From IMG/VR virus record IMGVR_UViG_3300021961_007031: a stretch of DNA of 64,000 nucleotides; one strand, written 5' to 3'. Below the pieces are notes generated by a model. The model was not told the origin of the DNA, did no database searches, and saw nothing but the letters and a program-made list of their open reading frames with translations. Below, piece by piece: positions 57,480-64,000 of the stretch. The first letter of the stretch is position 1, and every line of letters begins with the position of its first letter. The position numbers and the translations under genes are program-made. The stretch is from a virus.

Positions 57480-57950
57480 ATGGCCAAATATATTAGTACA
57501 AAAACATACAGGCATTTAGGTCCAGTTGCATACAGGCAATGGAGAGCAGACAGTCATTGCAATTTAATCCATGGCTATGCACTGAGCTTTCACTTTGAAT
57601 TTGAAACAGACGATTTAGATGCTCGTAACTGGGTGGTTGACTTTGGTGGTCTAAAGCCACTAAAGAACAACCTAGAAGACTGGTTTGATCACACACTGCT
57701 AGTAGCACAGGATGATCCGGACCGGGATACTCTGTTGGACCTAGGCAAAAAAGGACTAGCAAAAATTACGGAAGTTGAAAAGACTGGATGTGAAGGTCTA
57801 GCAGACTTCCTTTATGAGTATGTAAACACAATATTCTTACCAAGTTGGGAACCTGGCACTAGAGTTTGGTGCTGTAGGGTTGAAGTAAGAGAAACCGACT
57901 CAAATATGGCTATGCGAGTTGGACACAGAGAAGATGGAGAATTTGAATGA
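57480..57950 (+). CDS. queD: 6-carboxy-tetrahydropterin synthase QueD
   Basis: HCNLIHGY, WVVDFG, FDHTLL, GCE, VRET. Confidence 0.88.
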   Translation: MAKYISTKTYRHLGPVAYRQWRADSHCNLIHGYALSFHFEFETDDLDARNWVVDFGGLKPLKNNLEDWFDHTLLVAQDDPDRDTLLDLGKKGLAKITEVEKTGCEGLADFLYEYVNTIFLPSWEPGTRVWCCRVEVRETDSNMAMRVGHREDGEFE

Positions 57951-58237
57951 CAATGTTTAAAGGTTTTTTAAAATGGTTTTTAGGTGATAGTGAGAAAAAA
58001 GAAGTTGAGTCTGTACCACAATATCTAACAGGCAACCAAACAGTTAAGCCAAAGGCTGCACCAAAGCCCAAAGCAAAGGAAGCAGTAAAGAAGCCTGTGA
58101 TTAAAGAAGAAGAACTTAAGAAGATGACTAAAAAGCAAATTGATGACTGGGCCGCTGGCGCCGGCGTTACACTTGATCGTCGTCTTACAAAAGATAAAAT
58201 GATTGCTGAACTAAAAAAGAGTGTAACTATATCCTAA
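57947..58237 (+). CDS. hypothetical protein with a Rho-N/HeH-like C-terminus
   Basis: LKKMTKKQI..LDRRLTKDKMI. Confidence 0.5.
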   Translation: MTMFKGFLKWFLGDSEKKEVESVPQYLTGNQTVKPKAAPKPKAKEAVKKPVIKEEELKKMTKKQIDDWAAGAGVTLDRRLTKDKMIAELKKSVTIS

Positions 58238-58238
58238 C

Positions 58239-59114
58239 ATGAGTTATGTGATAACTTATCCAGGTGGTGCTTATGGTAACTTTGTAGGTTTTACTCTAAG
58301 GTGGTTAATGGGCGAGTATCCAGTGGATTTTAGACCATTTACTAGTAAAGGCAATAGCCATAGTTGGAATGCTCAAATTGTTAAATTTGATAAAGTTAGT
58401 CTAGAAAACCTTGAACCAATGCTTGGCATAGACACTTTTGCTATTCTTCACCCTAAGGGTCAAAAGGATCACAACCTTATAGAACGTTTAGAGTTACTAA
58501 CCAAATGTTACGATAAAGTTATATACATATGTCCTAGATTTGAAGACTGTATTTGGCTATTAAATAATAGACAAACAAAAATATATCCAGAAGGTTGGAT
58601 AGAGCATTTCAAAAATAAGAATGAGTTTGCAAATTTAGATTCATGGGAATCAAGTACTAAAGAAATCTGGGAAGAGCGAGAATTTCTTAGCATTTACCTA
58701 TATGATCAATTATTATCAGAAACAGAACTAGCAAATATAATAGATTATAAAAATTATGATTCTAATAAAATTAAAATCATATACATGAATGATCTTAGAG
58801 ACAATTTTTCACTAACATTTAGATATCTTTGCTCATGGTTAAATTTAGAAGTGGTGCGCTCACAACTTGAGATTGACAATCTTGAAAAAGATTGGAAAAA
58901 TAATGAAAAATTTTTATTTAAGGATAGATTGATTGAAGACTTAGTTAATGCTACAATAGATAATAAAAATTTTCCAATGGAAAATTTAACTTATGTAGAT
59001 GAAGCAATGATGCAATGGAAGTTACGCAATAAAGGTTTTGAATTGAAGTGCTATAACCTTAATAAGTGGCCCGAAACAACAAGCGAATTGAGAGATCTTA
59101 TATATGAAAATTAG
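58239..59114 (+). CDS. hypothetical protein (AT-rich)
   Basis: YPGGAYGNF N-terminus. Confidence 0.5.
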   Translation: MSYVITYPGGAYGNFVGFTLRWLMGEYPVDFRPFTSKGNSHSWNAQIVKFDKVSLENLEPMLGIDTFAILHPKGQKDHNLIERLELLTKCYDKVIYICPRFEDCIWLLNNRQTKIYPEGWIEHFKNKNEFANLDSWESSTKEIWEEREFLSIYLYDQLLSETELANIIDYKNYDSNKIKIIYMNDLRDNFSLTFRYLCSWLNLEVVRSQLEIDNLEKDWKNNEKFLFKDRLIEDLVNATIDNKNFPMENLTYVDEAMMQWKLRNKGFELKCYNLNKWPETTSELRDLIYEN

Positions 59115-59985
59115 ATACACAGAAGCATTTTACAGTGTTCAAGGTGAAGGAAGATTCGTTGGCGTTCCCAGTGTTTTCCTTCGCATGTATGGCTGCAACT
59201 TTACTTGCCCAAAGTTTGGACTTGCTAGGAACGCCGACGCTAGTGAAACAGAAACAAGACTTGACGAAATTATCTATGAAACAACCAAGGCGTTTCCTGA
59301 GAAATATGACAGTATTGACAAATTGCCGCTTATGGAAACAGGATGTGATAGTTATGCTGCTTGGCATCCAGCGTTTAAGCATCTGCAAAATGATGTAGAT
59401 CTGGACACACTTGTAGATAGACTGCTAGCCCTAACTCCTAATGGTTGTTGGACACAGGAAAACGGGCAAGATGTGCATTTGGTTATTACAGGTGGCGAAC
59501 CATTGCTTGGATGGCAAAGAGTTTATACACAATTATTTGAACACCCACGTATGAAGGACTTAAAAAATGTCACTTTCGAAACTAACACCACGCAGCCTTT
59601 GCGAGAAGATTTCAAGACTTACCTCAACAATAATCAACAACTACATGTTACATGGTCATGTTCCCCAAAACTATCGGTTAGTGGACATGATTGGAATGAT
59701 GCTGTATTGCCTAGCATTGCTCGTAGTTACTGCGATGTTAATGGTAGCTACCTGTATCTCAAGTTTGTGGTTTGTGATGATATTGACGTGGCAGAAGTTG
59801 ACAGAGCTGTTGCAGAGTACAGAGCGGCAGGAGTTACAGGCTCGGTTTACATCATGGCTGTCGGCGGGACAACAAAAAGTTACTTCGCTAACGGAAAAAG
59901 TGTCGCAGAACTTGCACTCCAAAAAGGCTACTGCTACAGCCCAAGACTCCACGTCGACGTATTCGGCAACGCCTGGGGTACCTAG
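59104..59985 (+). CDS. queE: 7-carboxy-7-deazaguanine synthase QueE
   Basis: FYSVQGEG, FLRMYGCNFTC..GCDS, ITGGEP, ETN, SPKL, PRLH. Confidence 0.92.
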   Translation: MKIRYTEAFYSVQGEGRFVGVPSVFLRMYGCNFTCPKFGLARNADASETETRLDEIIYETTKAFPEKYDSIDKLPLMETGCDSYAAWHPAFKHLQNDVDLDTLVDRLLALTPNGCWTQENGQDVHLVITGGEPLLGWQRVYTQLFEHPRMKDLKNVTFETNTTQPLREDFKTYLNNNQQLHVTWSCSPKLSVSGHDWNDAVLPSIARSYCDVNGSYLYLKFVVCDDIDVAEVDRAVAEYRAAGVTGSVYIMAVGGTTKSYFANGKSVAELALQKGYCYSPRLHVDVFGNAWGT

Positions 59986-60072
59986 TCCTGTTAATGAAAA
60001 AGGTTATCCTTCCTACGAAGCAGTTAACAATTTAAACGAAACTCTTGAAGAAAGAGCAAGGAAAGCTGGACT

Positions 60073-61125
60073 ATGACAGAGCCTGGCTCTTATTCTGGCA
60101 GAGGTATGATAGACAAGCATTTAATACCAGTACTAAATGATGTTGGGTATTATCCAGATATAATCAATATATCATCTCTCGATCCCGATAAAGAACTGCA
60201 GGATAAACAAATACTATCTGATTGTGTTTTGATAACATGTATTGATCCATGGAGATTTAACGATAGTGATGTTTTTAATCATCCAAGTTTAACAGGAAAA
60301 ACTATTATATTGCAAACACTGGGTTATACTAACACCAAGTATAACAATTTACATTATAAAATATCTTTTCCTGCTTTTTACTTTATGCGACACAAACCTG
60401 AGGTAGATGTTTTATCTACTAGAGATTTAGATTATGGCTTTAGTTGTTTAAACAATACTCTTTCTCCTGAACGCATAGTAATAGGGCATAAATTTTATTC
60501 CCATGACCTTTTGGATAAAATTATTTTTTCTCAAAATCGTACTGATTATGATGATTATATAATAGAACGGTTATCAGAGGATTCAAAAGATATATACTCA
60601 GGTGTTAATCTGCCAAATCTAGATCAATATTTAAAAATGTTACCTATATCATATGAAGAGGACACAAGTAAATATTTAAGTTTTAACAACCATAAAGAAC
60701 ACATGATTTGGGCACATGGAACAGATCATCCTGCCTGGAAAAATGCATATTGTAACATTGTTACGGAAACCACAGCAACAGAATATCCATTTTACTTAAA
60801 TCTAAATAGCCCTTTTTTTAGTGAAAAGTCACAAAAACCTTTTAGTAGCAAGCAGATTCCCTTGATAGTTGGCGCACAAGGACATTATGCTTACTTGAAA
60901 GATTTAGGATTCGAAATGATGGAAGACTTATTGCCATCCGGATATGATAATATGACTTTTTTAGAAAAAGTAGATGCAATGATATCAGTTGTTATTAAGG
61001 GCAAAGATTTTATTAAAGACTTTTATTTTGATCATTTGAAGGAAATCGAACACAACTACGATCTAGTAATGGGTGATAGTGTAGAGAATAAAATTTTAAA
61101 TAACATTAGGAGTGTATTCCAATGA
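60073..61125 (+). CDS. hypothetical glycosyltransferase-like protein
   Basis: NIVTET..SEKSQKP..QIP..G..LGFE; shares a module with 19867..21081. Confidence 0.45.
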   Translation: MTEPGSYSGRGMIDKHLIPVLNDVGYYPDIINISSLDPDKELQDKQILSDCVLITCIDPWRFNDSDVFNHPSLTGKTIILQTLGYTNTKYNNLHYKISFPAFYFMRHKPEVDVLSTRDLDYGFSCLNNTLSPERIVIGHKFYSHDLLDKIIFSQNRTDYDDYIIERLSEDSKDIYSGVNLPNLDQYLKMLPISYEEDTSKYLSFNNHKEHMIWAHGTDHPAWKNAYCNIVTETTATEYPFYLNLNSPFFSEKSQKPFSSKQIPLIVGAQGHYAYLKDLGFEMMEDLLPSGYDNMTFLEKVDAMISVVIKGKDFIKDFYFDHLKEIEHNYDLVMGDSVENKILNNIRSVFQ

Positions 61126-61685
61126 AATCAGTTTGGGTAAGACATGGCGAAAGCGAGTATAACCTAGAAAATCGTTGCACAGGTTGGCACGATCCTGATC
61201 TTACTGAACTGGGCAAGGAAGAAGCACAAAAAGCAGGTAAATATCTTTGCGAAAAATATGGTAGTATTGCAAACCTATACTCTAGTGATTTGCGTAGAAG
61301 TTTTAACACTGCTAATATAATCTCAGAGTCAACAGGTTGGAATATTACTCCACAAGTTAGCCCTGCTATACGAGAAAGAGATTTTGGTGACTGGAGTGGT
61401 AAGAAAAGGGACCAAATAAAACTATTACTTGGAGAAGATCAATTTACAAAAATACTTAAAGGGTGGAAAACTAAACCTGCAAATGGAGAAAGTTTACAAG
61501 ACACTGCCGCAAGAGTTTATGGATTTTTAAAAGAAATAGAAGATAGATCCAACGAATTACCACATGTAATTGTTTGTCATCGTAATACAATAAGAGCAGC
61601 GGCAGTAGTACTTGGCAAAGTTACGCCAGAAGAAATTAATGAGTTTGAAGTGCACACAGGAGAAATATTAGAATGGGACTTTTAG
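61122..61685 (+). CDS. histidine phosphatase (phosphoglycerate mutase family)
   Basis: VRHGES, SDLRR, ERDFG, GESL, VCH. Confidence 0.9.
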   Translation: MKSVWVRHGESEYNLENRCTGWHDPDLTELGKEEAQKAGKYLCEKYGSIANLYSSDLRRSFNTANIISESTGWNITPQVSPAIRERDFGDWSGKKRDQIKLLLGEDQFTKILKGWKTKPANGESLQDTAARVYGFLKEIEDRSNELPHVIVCHRNTIRAAAVVLGKVTPEEINEFEVHTGEILEWDF

Positions 61686-62041
61686 ATAATGCAAAACGTG
61701 CTATAGGCTTGGGCAATGCAAAAAAAGTAAAACAAGCAGCACCACGAGCAAAAGTAAAGTCAGAAAAAGAGAAGGCTACAGAAGCTGGCGAGCCCTGGGT
61801 AAATGTTATCGGATTAGAGTTAGATCCTGAAAATCCTGGTAATGGTGCATTTGAATTAGACTGGAACGAACACTTTATTAAGCGTCTCTGGAAAGCAGGT
61901 TACCGTGATGAAGACGAACATGACATGGTTGATCGCTGGTTCCAGGATGTATGTAGACAAGTAGTTATGGAAACATACGAAAAAGATCAAGCAATGGTAA
62001 CTAGAAACGACTTAGGCGGCGGCAAGTCAGAATACAGATGA
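61673..62041 (+). CDS. hypothetical phage protein
   Basis: EPWV..FELDWN..VDRWF. Confidence 0.6.
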   Translation: MGLLDNAKRAIGLGNAKKVKQAAPRAKVKSEKEKATEAGEPWVNVIGLELDPENPGNGAFELDWNEHFIKRLWKAGYRDEDEHDMVDRWFQDVCRQVVMETYEKDQAMVTRNDLGGGKSEYR

Positions 62042-62229
62042 TAAAACCAATAAAGCCAGATCGTGTAAATGACTACTCAAGGTATATGTTAAAGTCACTT
62101 ATGCTATTTTGCGGCGTGCCTTTAATCTTTGGTTTGTTTGTTAAACCCCTAGCTCTAGCATTTATAGTTTTTATTTCAGATTACTTGTGGCATGTAAAAG
62201 AAAAGATTAATAATGATACTCTACGTTAA
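62038..62229 (+). CDS. small membrane protein
   Basis: Hydrophobic, coupled ORF. Confidence 0.45.
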   Translation: MIKPIKPDRVNDYSRYMLKSLMLFCGVPLIFGLFVKPLALAFIVFISDYLWHVKEKINNDTLR

Positions 62230-62974
62230 CGGCGACAGTCATAGTGCCGGTGCAGAACTAGTAGAAGATTTTTGTTTTGCAGAAGACGATAAGCAATACT
62301 TTCATTATGGTAGAACGCCACATCCACTAGCTATACCCAAAACTTTTGGTCATCATTTGTCAAGAAGACTTAATTGTGGATACTTTTTAGATGCTGAAAG
62401 TGCTAGCAGTAATGATCGTATTCTACGCACTACAAGAATATTCCTAGACGAGATATACAAAACATCCAAGACTATAATAATTGGTTGGAGCTCTTGGGAA
62501 AGAGAAGAAATTTTCCATGTCGATAGGTACTATCAATTAACTGCAAGCGGTACTGACAGTGTGCCGGAAGATTTACAAGAACATTATAAAAATTGGGTTG
62601 CTAATCAAACACAGGATACTTTAAGAGAAAAGCAAATACATTGGCACGATAAAATCTGGGACTTCCACTTAGAACTAACAGAAAAAAATGTACAGCATTT
62701 GTTCTTTAATGCAATGCAACCGTTTAATCCAGACTGGGTTGAAACGAAAGATTGGGGAAATTGCTATATAGATCCGTATAGTCCTGATTTAGTGTATATT
62801 AACTGGGCTAAGAGTAAAGGATTTTTACCAGCAAATTTTGGCGGTAATCACTATGGAGAGGATGCTCATAAAGCATGGGCAAAAGAATTACATATACGAT
62901 TGACAGGAGCGCCAGAAAGTAGTACTATTACTAAAGTAATAACTGCAACTGTTCAACCATACAAGCCGAGGTAA
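62213..62974 (+). CDS. SGNH-like protein
   Basis: NGDSHSAG, SSN, NHYGEDAH. Confidence 0.6.
   Translation: MILYVNGDSHSAGAELVEDFCFAEDDKQYFHYGRTPHPLAIPKTFGHHLSRRLNCGYFLDAESASSNDRILRTTRIFLDEIYKTSKTIIIGWSSWEREEIFHVDRYYQLTASGTDSVPEDLQEHYKNWVANQTQDTLREKQIHWHDKIWDFHLELTEKNVQHLFFNAMQPFNPDWVETKDWGNCYIDPYSPDLVYINWAKSKGFLPANFGGNHYGEDAHKAWAKELHIRLTGAPESSTITKVITATVQPYKPR
62900..62928 (+). promoter_or_regulatory. sigma70 promoter upstream of rnh
   Basis: TTGACA-N17-TACTAT. Confidence 0.65.
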
Positions 62975-62976
62975 GT

Positions 62977-63972
62977 ATGAGTACATACCTACTAGTAGAT
63001 ACAGCAAATACATTCTTTAGAGCACGCCATGTTGCACATCGTGGCATGGATACCTGGACACGTTTAGGCTTTGCTATCCATGTTACTATGAGTGCAATTA
63101 ACAAAGTATGGCGTCAAACAAATGCGGATCATGTTGTATTTGCACTAGAAGGCCGTAGTTGGCGCAAGGACTTTTACGAGCCTTACAAAAAGAATCGTAA
63201 AGTAGCACACGATGCTCTAACAGAAGAACAGCAAGAAGAAGATAAACTGTTCTGGGAAGCCTATGACGAGCTAACAAAGTTTTTAGCAGAGCAGAGCAAC
63301 TGTAGTGTGCTACGCTGCGAAATAGCAGAAGCAGACGATATTATTGCTCGTTGGATCAGCAAACACAATAATGATCAGCACATTATACTAAGCAGTGACA
63401 CTGATTTTGTGCAGTTAGTTAGCGACAATGTAAAGCAGTATAACGGCATCACTAACCAGATGATTACACTTGAAGGCATATTTGATGATTATGGCAAGCC
63501 TGTAAAGGATAAGAAAACAGGTGAACCTAAAGAAGCACCTAACCCTGAATGGTTACTGTTTGAAAAATGTGTGCGTGGCGATGCAACTGACAATGTGTTC
63601 AGTGCTTATCCAGGTGTGCGTACAAAAGGTACAAAGAACAAAGTAGGATTGCAAGAAGCATTTGAAGATCGCAACACAAAAGGTTATAACTGGAACAACC
63701 TAATGCTACAACGCTGGACTGATCACAATGGTGATGAGCATCGTGTACTAGACGATTACGAACGCAATCGCACACTTGTAGACTTAACTGCACAGCCGCA
63801 GGAACTTAAAGTCTATATCGACAGTGCTATAGAAGAACAGTTAGAATCTAAAACTAATGGTAGTATGGTAGGCGCAAAGTTCCTTAAATTTTGCGGCAAA
63901 TATGAACTGAATAGGATTGCTGAAGATGTTACAAAGTATGCAGAATGGCTCCAGAGAGGCTACAATGCTTAA
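62977..63972 (+). CDS. rnh: T4 RNase H-like 5'-3' exonuclease/flap endonuclease
   Basis: LLVD, SWRK..YK.NR, EADDII, SSDTDFVQL, GDATDNV. Confidence 0.9.
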   Translation: MSTYLLVDTANTFFRARHVAHRGMDTWTRLGFAIHVTMSAINKVWRQTNADHVVFALEGRSWRKDFYEPYKKNRKVAHDALTEEQQEEDKLFWEAYDELTKFLAEQSNCSVLRCEIAEADDIIARWISKHNNDQHIILSSDTDFVQLVSDNVKQYNGITNQMITLEGIFDDYGKPVKDKKTGEPKEAPNPEWLLFEKCVRGDATDNVFSAYPGVRTKGTKNKVGLQEAFEDRNTKGYNWNNLMLQRWTDHNGDEHRVLDDYERNRTLVDLTAQPQELKVYIDSAIEEQLESKTNGSMVGAKFLKFCGKYELNRIAEDVTKYAEWLQRGYNA

Positions 63973-64000
63973 AGCAAAACCAGTAGTTGATAACAAGTTC

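Noticed and set aside
1-64000. CRISPR array, tRNA or rRNA genes, IS or integrase
   Set aside because: No spaced direct repeats, cloverleafs or transposase motifs were seen, and intergenic gaps are mostly very short. tRNAscan was not run.
1-64000. Stop-codon reassignment
   Set aside because: Long genes are intact under the standard code, and TAA, TAG and TGA all end genes at coupled junctions.

Overview
This is 64 kb of a gene-dense, AT-rich, mostly + strand genome of a large, distantly T4-like tailed phage, probably aquatic; an alphaproteobacterial host is a weak inference from the PstS and Tct types. All calls are by motif recognition; no searches were run. No rRNA, tRNA, CRISPR array or IS element was seen. 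The window holds: (i) phosphate and transport auxiliary genes (phoH, pstS behind a four-unit Pho-box-like array, tctA/tctC); (ii) lysis genes (lysozyme, overlapping spanin pair); (iii) DnaJ and ClpA; (iv) an ~11 kb block of probable capsid-internal proteins with T4-IP-like N-termini, including a 984-aa multidomain protein; (v) replication genes (family B polymerase, putative sliding clamp, DsbA-like protein, RNase H); and (vi) a dispersed 7-deazaguanine DNA-modification pathway (folE, queD, queE, a DpdL-like T-fold protein and a DpdA-like transglycosylase coupled to a glycosyltransferase) set among nucleotide-sugar and tailoring enzymes. The best candidate new system is this pathway as a regulated, replication-coupled unit. 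The DpdA-like protein carries the same FDSLFSF heptapeptide as the polymerase C-terminus (the likely clamp-binding tail). dpdA and queD share a composite promoter containing CGTCTAAATAA. The queD leader looks like a variant preQ1-I riboswitch with an RBS-sequestering switch.
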